Shown here: one piece after another, positions 11,866-23,599 of the stretch
Position numbering within the stretch: position 1 is the first letter of the stretch
Layout: each line of letters begins with the position of its first letter
Source: Raillietiella orientalis
Taxonomy: Eukaryota
Direction: 5' to 3'
Assembly: GCA_036172245.1 (NCBI GenBank)
Contig: JAYWIR010000031.1
Span: 1,922,001 to 1,986,000, forward strand
DNA length: 64,000 bases
Program-made: the position numbers and the translations under genes
Notes under the pieces: generated by a model
What the model was told of the DNA's origin: nothing
The model's input: only the letters and a program-made list of their open reading frames with translations
The model's database searches: none

Positions 11866-13099
11866 CACTGAAAAGTTTCGCAGGCCTCCAGGCGAAGATT
11901 CCTCAGTACTTGGCGAGACCTCCCCTCCCCTCCAAAAGAAACCCCGAAAAAAAAAAAAAAGGCTGGAAAGGAAACGGCGAAGCAGAAAAGAACCCACAAG
12001 GATTTTCATCATCCGTGTTGTCCTAGTGGGTGTCTTGAAGGCTTTATCGTGTCAAATCCCTCTAGAAGGGGGAGAGCAAGGATGCATAGCAATTTCGAAA
12101 GGATTCGGGTTTTGCTCTGGACCGTAGCTTCGTCGACAGGGCACTGATGAGTCGGAGTGCACCTTTGGTAACCAGGGAACTCGGTGGCTGTGGACGGCGG
12201 TGGTGCATCCTAGTAGCACCGGTATGTGGATTGAAATCGCACCCGTTTCGGCGAAGAGGAGGAAGGGGTGAGGGTGAAATTTTAAACACACGCACAGGCA
12301 CATATGCAGATATATGCAAAGCTTCCCACGAATGGAGCTTCACAACCGAATCGGAGAGATTTCTTCCTCCAGGAGCAGCGGCAGCGAGGGCGGGGAAATG
12401 AGGAGGAGGCACGGGACACGGGAAAAATGGTGTGGAACTAAAGGCAGGATTCATTAGGGAAGTGTTTCCCGTACTCGGACCTTCGGAATGGACTGCAGAT
12501 GCGGACGGGGAATTCCAGGCGCTCCAGAGTTCACCGTTTCGGTGGCGACTTTCGTCCTTCCCATCCGATGCCGGGACGCGGTCTTCGGTTCGGGATTCCC
12601 GAACCGGAAGACGCGCTTGCTTTGGAGCAGACGCCCCCAAGGGTCGCAGCTGGTTCGCCCACTAGGTCTTCGACGTCTTCGCAGCAACTCGAAATCCCGG
12701 GAAAAAAAATTTTGCCCGGCTTGCTTCGCGGGGGATGCACGCCGGGGCAGCGAAAAGACGACCCGCGCTCAAAAAAGTACTTCCTCCTGGAGCAAAGCTC
12801 AAAAGGCAAAAATCAAAAAAAAAAAAAAAAACACAGGTCTACGAAGAAGGGGCGACCCTCAAGCAAATGGCTGGTTGCGATGGCACGAGGGAAAGAGGAA
12901 AAATGGGAAGGAGGAAAGGTCTGCGCGCTATCGCGCTTGCGGCAAAACGAGCCACGATCGCGCGCGTAATAAACGGCTTTCAAAAAAAAGTGTACAGCAG
13001 GAACGCTAATTAAAGTGGACGAAAGCACGAAAGGTAAAAAAAAAAAAAAAAAAATGATCTTCGCCGAGGACAAAAACGCTCTGCCGAACGGATGCTTCC

Positions 13100-13600
13100 G
13101 AAACAAAAAGGATAATGATGGTTGCCTGGAACGGAGGGAGATTTACGTTTCATTATCCTGAAGGCAGGAATTGCTTTGAGGGCTGCTTTGTCTTTCGTAG
13201 CAGCTGCTATGACGGCTCGGGATGCAGCAACGGACGGAGACCGAAAATCACAACATCTGGGTGGGTGGCTTCCCTGCTTGAGAATCCAGAGAACGGTCCA
13301 ACTTCCTTTAGCCTCCTGCTTCGAGCTCTTTGGACCTGCATGCCTGTTGTGCCACGTGGAATTCGGCTGCGTTCTGTTCCGCACCTTTAACTAACTGAGC
13401 CAAATGCTGAAGCAGAAACCCAGGCCTTATTAAGATTAACGAACAGCAGCATCCATCAAAGTAGTTAATTTGGTCAGACATATTTATGAGCTTACCAGAT
13501 TCCAGCGATTCCTGGCGCAGGATGCCAAGCTCCTAAAACCTCGGAAGAGATAATTGCAAATCTCGGATAGAACTTTGGGATGAAGAGTTGGGAAGTGTCG
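13100..13600 (-). mobile_element. Possible decayed non-LTR RT fragment
   Basis: ISSEVLGAWHPAPGIAGI (like IxxxEVxxA..KAPGxDGI) followed by ILKQGSHPP (like GLKQGxxLSP). Confidence 0.4.
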
Positions 13601-13798
13601 ACTAGAACACGAACACTGGGAAGCGGCAGATTCAGTGGAAGGAGCGATTTTGACTCTCCTGACCTCTCGCGGAATTCGAAATCCCCGTGTGCTTTGCGCA
13701 CAACGTCATCTCATGGATGGCCTTGAAAATTTGAAATGTCAAGTGGCATTAGCCACAGCCAACTTGATTCACGAGCACAGCATCTCTCTTTCACGTTT

Positions 13799-13822
13799 TA
13801 TATATATATATATATATATATA
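13799..13822. repeat. (TA)n microsatellite
   Basis: Direct reading. Confidence 0.95.
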
Positions 13823-15103
13823 AAAGAGACCAAAAAAAGAACCCATTATGCCCAACAGAAGCAGGGAATGGACGAAAGCTGCAGAGCTGCAATAATCGTA
13901 AAGATGTTTTCAGGGACCCCTTCGGAAAGAGGAAGAAAAAAAACGGGGGACCCGGAGATGGGATCGGCAACGCAGGGTTAAACACGTTTGCAAATCCGTG
14001 CAGAAGATCAGATCAAGCCAAAAGCAAAGGAAGTCGGACGTGGGGACGCAGCCTGAAGACATTTCCTGATGAGGACCACAAAATCGCACGATTCATCCAA
14101 ATTTCGAAGAGAAGAGCAATTGGGCACCTAAAAATCGCAGCTTTGCTGTTTTCGGAATCGCACGTGGACGTGGGAGTTCGGTTATCGTGGAAACGAAGTT
14201 TTTTATTCGGTTACTTATTGAAAATCAGTCCGTGGTGAAGATGCAGACTGACGAATACATAGCAGAGCTTCATCCGTTGTTGAAACGAGAAGGAGAATAT
14301 CCTTTGTATGAGTATTTTTATTTTTATTTTTTCTGGAACTCCTGGAAGCGTGGACTGCCATGATATTCCCCAGAATAATAATCACTCTGGAAAAAGCACA
14401 CCAAAGCTACGAAAAGCGAAGAGCTTTCTGTGAACCCTTCCCCCCCCCCGCACATCCCCTCCCGTTCCGAAGACCCCATTTTCACATATGTTTGGTTTGA
14501 ATGCTCCTTAATAAGCAAATTGAATTGCTCTTCGGACTCGGCTCTTCGGAAATCGGATTAAGATTAGAGGAGCAATATTGCCGAAAGATATCTGCCGGAT
14601 GAATCCAGTTATTCTGTGGGAAAAGATTTCAAAAAAAAAAAAAGAAAGAAAGAAAGAAAGAAAGAGAAAAAAATGTCATTAGTCAGATTGTTGTTTGCTC
14701 TTCGACCTTTTTAAGCACCATTTCTATGGCGACGCAATCCGGAAAGTTTACCAATGGAACCGTCGCTCCCTACAAGAAACGAACACACATCCAGCCGTGA
14801 CAACAGTCCATTAATTGAGGCTTTCAGGGGCGCTCGAAACATTGGCTTACTTGAGACAACGTTGAGGAGTTGGTCCGTCTAGGAAGCAGCCGTCCACGTG
14901 GACTCCACGTGGACGCGATGCTTCGCAACTCCACGCAGCGTAGTCGCATTTCGAGCATGAGAGATGAGTCCGCTCATGCGTTTCCGTGCCCATTGCTCGG
15001 GATGAGGGACAAAAAAAAAAAACTTGCACGCACCACTCCTTAGCCACCCACCACACACTCCTTTCGGCCCGCAGGAGCCTCGTACGATCTACCGTGCCTC
15101 CCA

Positions 15104-15105
<2 letters not shown>

Positions 15106-15144
<39 letters not shown>
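15106..15144. repeat. (TG)n microsatellite
   Basis: Direct reading. Other dinucleotide TG/CA runs occur at ~40245-40271, ~57625-57643 and ~59348-59374. Confidence 0.95.
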
Positions 15145-15146
<2 letters not shown>

Positions 15147-15399
15147 CCCCCCCCCTCCCCACACACACACGGACCCAAAACAAATTTTCCGGTTTTTGAA
15201 AGTCCTCGAAGATCCAAGACAAGATCGTGAGTGCTATACCGAGTACATTACATTTCCATATCACATCCACTATCACATATCACATCCATTGTCATGAATC
15301 ACGCGTGTTATTCCGGCTTATGCTTACTGGATCTCCTCCTCTCGATAGGAGGAGCTGCAAGAAGGGAAGAGATCGTTTCTTGCACAGGACTCCGGATAT

Positions 15400-16199
15400 G
15401 GGATGAGATTCAGGGAGTACGGCATCCCCTCGCACGGAAGCATCCGGACCAAGAGAGCACCCTTGACGCAAACAGCCTCAATCGCGACGCGCGAGCTTCC
15501 AGCTTCCTTGCTGACGGGCATGACCACCGGACATCCGAAGACCCGGAATAGCAGCCGAGGGAGTTTGCACGCGATGGACGCAGGAGACACCGCGGAGGTC
15601 GGCAAGCAGATCAGGGGAGACCCCTTCCCTGCTTCCGATCCTTGCACGCCGGGGATCTCCTGCTCGCTCCAGCTCGCTCGCCGTTGCGCTGTTCGGATGA
15701 CCGTGCGGGCCGGCGGCCTCCAGCAGGAAGCGGCGGCCGCCGGCTCGAACGTGCAGGGGGCGCATGTCACGGGAAGGGGGCATCCTGAATGGTGGCGGGC
15801 GAGGTTCCAGCTCACCCGCTGAGGGGCGTGACCACCTGATCCGTTGCATCGAGGGAGGGAGCTGGTGGTCCCCGGGGACAGCCGATACAGGGAGGGGGGC
15901 CAAGTCAGGACTCTGGCAGCCGGACCTGGTGCCCCTCCAGGGCGAGGGTCGGGTCGGGTCATCGTGCTAGACGCTGCCTGCCCACGCGAGCGCGCGGCAA
16001 AAGCGCTGGAGGGAAGGCACCGCGTGCGGGACTGTGATCCTCTCCTCCTGTTCGTGTACAAAGGAGTAGCGACCTCGGTAGAAGCAACAGAAGATCCTGT
16101 CGCTCTAGGATCGTCGGGGACCCTCACACACAGTAGGCGAACATGAAGAGGATAATGGTCATCCAGGCGGTGCGAATCAAAATCCCGAACGATCATCAA
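15400..16199 (-). mobile_element. Possible decayed L1/Tx1-like non-LTR fragment
   Basis: MIVRDFDSH (like IIxGDFNxH), GAPGP, frameshifted KQG..SPL, and IPGLRMSGG...KL (Tx1-like spacer before YADD). All motifs are imperfect. Confidence 0.35.
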
Positions 16200-16690
16200 A
16201 ATACTATGCTTAAGATGTAAATTGATATATCGATTAATGTATAGATTAATATATACTATGTATATTATAAAAATAAATACATATGCATATTATGTACATG
16301 GATGTACGTATTTACATGTAGATTAATACACGAACTTGTTTGTGTATATCATCTTTGTACTTATGTACAAAAACAATTTGCATTATTCTCCTTTATTTTG
16401 TACATACGTATTTATTAATATTTCAAAATCGTTCAGGATCGAACTTAATACACATATTGTTAATAGTAATATTGTGTATACATACATGTTTTTAAATCCA
16501 TATATTAATATACATAATAAGCATGCTTACTATTAATGACATGGATGTTAATAAATATTAATAACCATATATGTTAAAATAAATTTGCATAGTAATCTAC
16601 ATATAAATATCTATATGAATGCTCCTCAGTCATATGCGCTTATTATGACTATGCATAATAATCACGTTGTTTATCATTTATAATATCTGC
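16200..16690. other. Sharply bounded AT-rich island
   Basis: About 490 bp dominated by TA/AT dinucleotides, directly adjacent to a very GC-rich segment. Confidence 0.85.
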
Positions 16691-16869
16691 ATTTTGGGTC
16701 ACCGCCAGAATGAACAGCTGCATGCGTGCTTTTCACGGCCAAAAAAAAAATAAAATATGGAGGACATTGTGAAAGACTCCCCCTTCTCCTGCCGACACTG
16801 ATCGTAAAAACAGGAGCATAAATAAAGGACGTCAAATCATTGCTATGCAGCTATGCAGGGACAGCTATG

Positions 16870-17200
16870 CAGTCCAGACGGCAGGCCACCCCGGTGGGAC
16901 GATTAAAGACAACGAGCGGGAGGTGGGAGCTGGGAGCCTGCAACCAAGAGGACTTCAGCCAATTGACTCCTGTTGTTAACCATCCTGGTCCGGCGTCGCA
17001 GAAGGACAGTCGGGTGATTATCCTGGATGTTTAGTGCTCCTTTGAAATCACGGGCAGCTGTATACGCGAAAAGCCTTGAAGAGGAGGAAAGCAAACGCCG
17101 AGATGTCCTTGCGCCACCGTCCTCGTGCCGCCTTCTGACATTCCATGCAGCAGGGACACCTAGTGCTTGTGATACCCCAGGGGGCGGGTCAGAGCTACTT
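16870..17200 (-). mobile_element. Possible C-terminal CCHC/RLE region of a non-LTR element
   Basis: RCPCCMEC...HLGVC followed by YTAARD (like YxxRHD). Weak. Confidence 0.3.
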
Positions 17201-17899
17201 CCTGCATTCCGGCATGAGGATCCGCTGCCTCTGGAGATCAGTCACGAGTAGAGAACTCAGTGCCTCGCCTCCGTTGGCTGAAGGAGGAATCCGACCCTAC
17301 CTCCGATATCTGCGACCCCCCATCTGTGTGGGCCTCCGTCTGGAATGACCCGATGGCAGTAAATCCCGACGATTGGAAAGAGACCGCCGCTGTTTGTTGC
17401 ACCGCTTACGAACCTTTCTTTACCAGCTCTTCTCTTACCAGTTCAACATATGACGCTCTTGTACACGAAAGTAATTCATAACAGTACACAAACACTTGCA
17501 GATGAGCTTGGTTCAGACTGCACTGCATGATACAAGCGCGTACCAAAGCGCATCTTGTGATGACGCAGCGGCAACAGATGATACGTGAAGAAGATGTCTG
17601 CGGAAGGAAACGAGGTTTCCACCAACTGACTGTTCAACTCGGCTGCTGCTCGCTAAACACCGGGGAGATTTTGCGCTGATCACTTTGGCATCCACAAAAT
17701 CGATAGCTACGAATAGCGGCTTTGACAGGGAGCCATCAGCCACTTTTATTTCGCTTTTTGTTCTTTTGCCTTTGTCTTCTTTGTTTGTTCCCCTCTGCTG
17801 CCGGGGCGAACCTGGCTGGTCCGCGCACCAGCACCTTCGCAGGTTCAGACCTCACAGACGAGCGTGGTAGGACCACGTGTCCCATACCACTACCTTTTG

Positions 17900-20200
17900 T
17901 GAGTTTATTGTTCCTTCAGTAAACTCTCGGCGTGATCAGGTGGCAGTGGAGCAGTCAACCAAGTCCACCTACCTGCATCTCGCCGTGATCTTGAACCTGC
18001 ACACTTTGCCTGCAGGGCGAGGGTGCTTTCCCGAGGGTGCCCATCTTTTCATCTTTTCCCAGTTCGTCTGCTGCCATTTCCGTGATGGCATCAAGAATCG
18101 CGCCCGAACCTTTCCACACATCCACACGTTCTTCGAGTATGCGCCTCCTTCGGGAAGATCGTCTTCCTCTATTTTTAGTAACTCCTAAATGTTTCGTGGG
18201 CTACAGTGCTCCCTTCGAATGCTGCACGCCCTTGATGAATCCACTCGATTGCCATTCCCATGTTGTTCTTTCTTTTGCTCGCATTTCCGTTCATTCCCTG
18301 CGTGGTTGGCTTTCAAGAGCTTCCCCACCCAGGGAACAGCAACTCGTTCTTGCCCCTGTTGGGATCGAAAAGAAGGCGATGCCGACTCGGGCACATAGAG
18401 CAAACTGTCTAACCACGTCTACTTGCAACAACAAGCTACTGGGATGCTGGGCGAGAATCGCACACGGCATCCGCCTCTGTGACGTTGCAGAACTCACTTT
18501 CAACGGATGTCGGAAATTCCGAAACTTGTTGAAAGCTGCTTGCGGTGAGGTTGCTCTATCCTCGGTTCCCTGTTGCTCTAAAATTCCAGGTAACGTTGAA
18601 GGAAGAACGTCGTTCCAACTTCATGAAGTGGATATCCGCTCCCGGACACCCTTAAGACAGATGGCTTGTTTACACACAAGCAGCTTCTTTGTGATCACCA
18701 CCAATGCTCCGCCACTGAACACAATATAGAGGCATCTTTTGGAAACACAGACTAGTAGAGAGCTTATCATCAAGTACCCAATAGAATGAAAGTCTACGAA
18801 TCCTTGATAGAGCTAATCTTCCTGCGCCAAGGTTCTAAATGCTAGACGAAGGGTTATCAAAATTTTCATCTAGGCTGCGTTCCGAGAATCGAATCCAACC
18901 GAAATTGAACGTTTCCTCCTGCAAAAAGTGTGTGACCCTTTGATTCAAGACTTCGAGAAAAGACTTTGGGGGCAGCAACACCTCCCTAGCCATATTACGA
19001 TTGCTTGTCGTAGGTTCATCGCATACTTTTCAGTGCGTCCCTTCGAAGTGAGCGGAGCGCATGTATGGACAAATGATTACCTGTTGTTCAGTATCCTGTA
19101 AGTCCCTTGGATCATCCTTCTTCGTATACAAACTTTCCCGGGTTGCCGCTCTTCAGCCGGTGCCGTGACTGCTGTAACTGACGCATGTCCAGGCAGAAGA
19201 GCAGGAAATGCGGTTCACGTTGCCAAGTTCCCGTCCATCTCAATTTCTCAAGAGATCCACGTGGATTGCTCCTGAAGAACTTGAAAACACGCCATCTAGA
19301 AACATCTTTCCCAGCCCAGGGTGCCTAACAAGTCTGATTGGAGTTTCAGCGCCGCGTGCCGAGTGGCCTCCGTCCTTCCGAAAAGGTGTTTTCCAATGAT
19401 GCACGCTTCTGCTGTTTAAAAGCCTCGTCCCCCGAGTTCTGAAATGAACGCTAAGCTCGATTTTAATGGCCGAAGCTCTGATCTTTCACCACGAGTCAGC
19501 AAAGATGCCTTTCTGAAGGTTGGTCACTCCGATAAGAACTCCATTGAAGCCGAATCTCTGAATGAATTTCCTCCACCGATTTTCTGACGACGGTCGTTTG
19601 GCTTTCTAATCATATGTGTGTGCGCTTGTTGTACATCTTTCCTCTTTTACACAGAAGTATTAGAAAAAAAAAAAAGTGCTTTCCCTCCTTTATAGAAAGG
19701 CATTTGTATGCTTCAGAAGAGTTTATGGTGAGTTTCCGTGAGCTGAAGCCATCCGAAGCTCAAAAGACTTAAGAATTTAGAATAAGAGACGGTTTCTCCT
19801 TGACTTCGTCAAGGAGAAACCGTCTCACACAAAAAAAAACACACACACATCGAACGAGGGAAGAATTGAAATCAAAATATCTTTTTGCCTAGAAGCGACT
19901 TGAGATGTAAGCATTCTCTTTTTATTATTATTTCACGGTCCACAATCCCGCACTCCCGACAAACGATTCGCTGCAACTCTTTCGTTTTGTTAATCAGGGA
20001 AGAATGGGCAATCGCAGCGACCTGGCTGCCCCAGAAAGAACTGACCGCCTTTTCCGCTGCTGCTCCGCCGTGCAGCATCAACTCCTGAGCTGCTCGCTTT
20101 GCTGTCTCTCCCAGTCTTTCAAAATGCAATTTTCTGGAATCATGAGATGTCAGCGAGATGACGTTGGGGATAATAAGTTCGAGATCTCTTTCCACCGTTG
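17900..20200 (-). mobile_element. Decayed Ty3/Gypsy element: gag-like piece, RT traces and integrase
   Basis: Integrase motifs RVAVP..KLLKANHAG (like RVVIP..LxELHxxHxG), frameshifted ILDAITKW (like IVDAYSKW) and TAP...AES. RT-like RKDG (~19380) and MIQGL (~19110). gag-like GET...EL and RIVC...D..I.KR in ORF 19872-20195. Domain order gag-RT-INT on the minus strand. Confidence 0.55.
19786..19826. repeat. Perfect 19-bp inverted repeat with a 3-nt loop
   Basis: GAGACGGTTTCTCCTTGAC-TTC-GTCAAGGAGAAACCGTCTC. Confidence 0.95.
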
Positions 20201-20949
20201 ATATGCAAATGCTTTCTGTGTAACATTCTGTTACTTCGGGCCTTTATGACTCACCCTTCTGATTTCTTATTGCTTATTCTTTCATCCATTCCCCCAACTA
20301 ACCCCATGCTCCAGCAGATCTCAAGCCCCTGCGCCCTTTCTTTTAGAAGTTATTTATTCTTTGAGATACTTTTGTAGTATTATTTCGAGCTGTTTTATCC
20401 CTCGCGTATTCCGAAATAAAAAAAGAGAGAAAAGAAAATCAGCAACTTTCGTTATTTACAACGAAAATCTGGTTTTCGACGTTAGTCGCAACCCCAGCTT
20501 GCTCCCCCACTGGTTTCTAACAAGGGAAGGTACCTCCCTGTGCACGATTCCCTGCGCTACCCTCAAAGTTCCCCCGAAAAACTTTCAGGATGTCACATTT
20601 GGAGGGGGTCACTTTGTCGAATCTCGAAAATCGGAAGCGACGACCCACGTCCCGTGGTCACATCGAAACCCTCGAACGCAACTCCAGCTAGCAACGGCGG
20701 CTAACCGTCGCGCCGAAGCGGGTCAAGACCCAGGGTGGGGTGGTCATCAGCCCAGAAGTGCAGCGTCCGGTTTTCGTTCCGGCGCCCGGCTCATCGAAGA
20801 GCTGCGTCCTGCGTGCCTCGTACCTGACCCGAGTCCCCTCGGTGGAGGGAGACGCACGTGAATCAGCGGCAGACAAAGCGTGGCGTTCCCACTAGAAGCA
20901 AAGTGGCTGCTAACTTTTCACGGAGAGATGTACCCGAGCAGGCCTTTCT

Positions 20950-21390
20950 CGCTTAACGGTCCAAACGGAATTTTAATGGCTTCAATCAGCTGTGACGGCA
21001 CTAAGTGCTAAAAATTTTCCATCCCGCTTCCAGAATTCAAAATGCATCAGTTGGAGTGATAAACTCCCGAATAGGAATATCTGCTGCGTAATAAAGGAAA
21101 ATCCCCATCTCAAATGGGTCATGGCCCCAAAAATGCAATCCGAATGGTATCTGCCTTCTTTTTTTTTATTCTTCCTCGAGACGAGGCGTACCAAAATTTG
21201 TTCCTCTGTGAATGGAATGAGGGCGTAACTGTAGCCTGTAAGAGATGCAGGCCTGCTCCAGTTGACTCTTAACACAGCGCCATGTCTTTTTGGCCAGGGC
21301 TAGCGAGCACGGAGAACAAAACGGGGAGGTCGTGATTTCTTGGATGCTGCATCTTTTAATGAAGTTTTCTTGATTTTTTTCGTTCTCTCT
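20950..21390 (-). mobile_element. Decayed Ty3/Gypsy RT N-terminal fragment
   Basis: IQEITTSPFCSPCSLALAKKTWRCV (like IEPSxSPWxSPxxLVxKKDGxWRFCVD), then LTGY..LIPFTEE...EGRY...IFG (like DLxxGYxQIPxxEE..GxY..MPFG). Confidence 0.7.
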
Positions 21391-22653
21391 CTCGTTCACT
21401 GAAAGAGAAAAGGCGTGTCTTTCTTACTCGTTTCGTAGACGCCAGCAGCTAAAGAAAATCGACCTCCGTTAGTGGGAAGCAGACCAATACACAGGTTTCT
21501 CCCTGGCTCCACAGGTGCACACAGAGCTCGCGCATCAAGGAAAAGGATTGCCCATGCACACCATCTCCGGGATTTCCTAGGTCCACGTTCGCTCTCCTGG
21601 GAATCGCTGCTGATCGAACGTTTGGTGCGCGGGAAACTCGGAAAACGCCTGGGGAAGCGTGACACAGGGCAACGCACTGTCAGAGCGTTTCGATTGCAAA
21701 GTGTGGGTGTCCCTGCTCTCTGAGCTGGGGGTCCTTAGACCCTCTCGCGCCCTAACCACAAACCGTTCACAGTATCTCATCGCAATCCACACGCGCAAAA
21801 AACCAAGTTGATGGTGTTGTAAGATGGGCTCGTCTCTCCTCGTGATTTTTTTTCTTTTTTTTCTTCTAAAGGGTGTTTCCTTTTGTCTTTTTGGCTTTCA
21901 TCTTGGGACTGACTCTCTCCTCCTATCGAATGAACATGCATTTGGCAGGGATCCAGAGCTCGGATGCACAAAAGTGCTCTGCCGTGGATATCCGAATCTC
22001 TGGAACTCTCCGATACGAAGCGTACAATGGCAGGGGGTTTGAGATTTTCTACCACGAAAACTCTCCAGCGTGCATCCATGGAGATTCTCCGGGATTCTTC
22101 GAGCTGTTGCGTCCCACAGAGCAGGCTACTTTCAGACGTTTTCCTCGCACGGCGACAAGAAGGGCACTGACCGGATCCCTGACAACCCGTCACCGAAGAC
22201 CGGGAACCGGGCTTTCTTAAATAAGGTTCCTGTTGAGCGTTACCAGGTGTGTCATCGCCTGCGTAGCGTCTGTCTAGGGAAAAAGGTGCACATGGTAAGT
22301 ACAGGAAGACTCCCAAGTCTGGTAGGGGGAAGCGCGGTGAAGAGGGCTGGTGAAGATCAGAAGAGCGTCGCGGAAGGAGGCAAGGAGAAAAGGCTCAAAT
22401 GGAAGGACGCGGGTTCACATCTACAGAGGGTTGAAGCAGATGTGCCCGGATGCGGGCATCTTGAGCACGTTCCGGGAGCAGCTTCGCGAGCGACATCTTC
22501 GAGAACAGATCCCACCTGCCGCACCATAGCACGCTTGCGATCGTCCCGAGACGAGAGGTGCTTCAGCCCCTGCTCATGATAGATTTGGAGGCTTTAAACG
22601 GACAGCTGTAATGGACAGCTGTAACTTTATTTGATGAGCTAAAAGAGACCTCA

Positions 22654-23282
22654 TGTAACGATACTCAATCGGTCGACCTCGAGGATCGACCCAAGCCCTA
22701 GTGCTTCCGAGCCCCTGTGAGAAGTGGGGATATTAACGGAGGAAATGCGGCATATGAGAGTCGGAGTAAACACCCGGGGGAGGGTCCGTTTTACCCTTTC
22801 GCCTCCAGAGAGTGCGAGCATCGGTAGTGGACTGTCTGGAGTCGACCAAGACCCGGCGAACCGACCAAGGTTTGGAAAGCACGGAAGCGTTGACCAGAGT
22901 GTTCGTGCTCGAAGTGGGCACCGCGCGGCGGCCGCCGCCTCATCGCCTTGCTTGGCCAAAAGAGAACGCGTGAAGATAAATCGCACGAAATGGCACTCGG
23001 ACCACCGTTCGAAAGCCCTAAAACCAGAAAGAGAACGGACCAGAAAATTTCGGCCCTTTCGTTCCAGGTCCCAGGGTGGAATGCAGGCTGATTCGTATCT
23101 GAATTCTATCTTGTCTGCTCCACCTTGAGGACCCTCGTTCACTCTTTGAGGGCACTGGAGCTTTTGGCGCCTCCTCATTCAAGAACAGCTCGGAAACATG
23201 CCAGCCGCGGACATTTTTCTGGTTCCTGGCAAGGCAAAAAGGGCAGACTCACGGATTATGGGTTTACCACCAAACACCCACA
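22654..23282 (-). mobile_element. Putative 3' LTR (repeat family Y) of the adjacent Gypsy element
   Basis: Read on the minus strand it starts TGT after a G-rich TTGGTGGG tract and ends ...ATCGTTACA (TG...CA). It lies just downstream of the integrase remnant and is homologous to 10632-10830. The upper boundary is tentative. Confidence 0.5.
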
Positions 23283-23599
23283 GGGACCCACCAATCAATA
23301 TCTCCAGGATATCCTACCCCGCTGACTCATGCAAAGCTGACTCAAGCAGCAAACTTTGGGCATAACCAGTTATCACGCTCAGTCCGCGGACTTTGATTAA
23401 TTGGTTGATGTGACTGTTCCGCCATATGTGACTCATTCCTCCACGACTACCTGTGAGATAGGTCCGGTTCGGATAGGTTGTGTTCTGAGCTGGGCGGAAG
23501 TGTCTGCAAGTGCTCTGGGAAAAGACCTTGTTCCCATTAGCTGGGAAAGGATGCTGAGAGAAAAGCACACGCGGCTTCCTATTTTGGTGTTCGACCACA

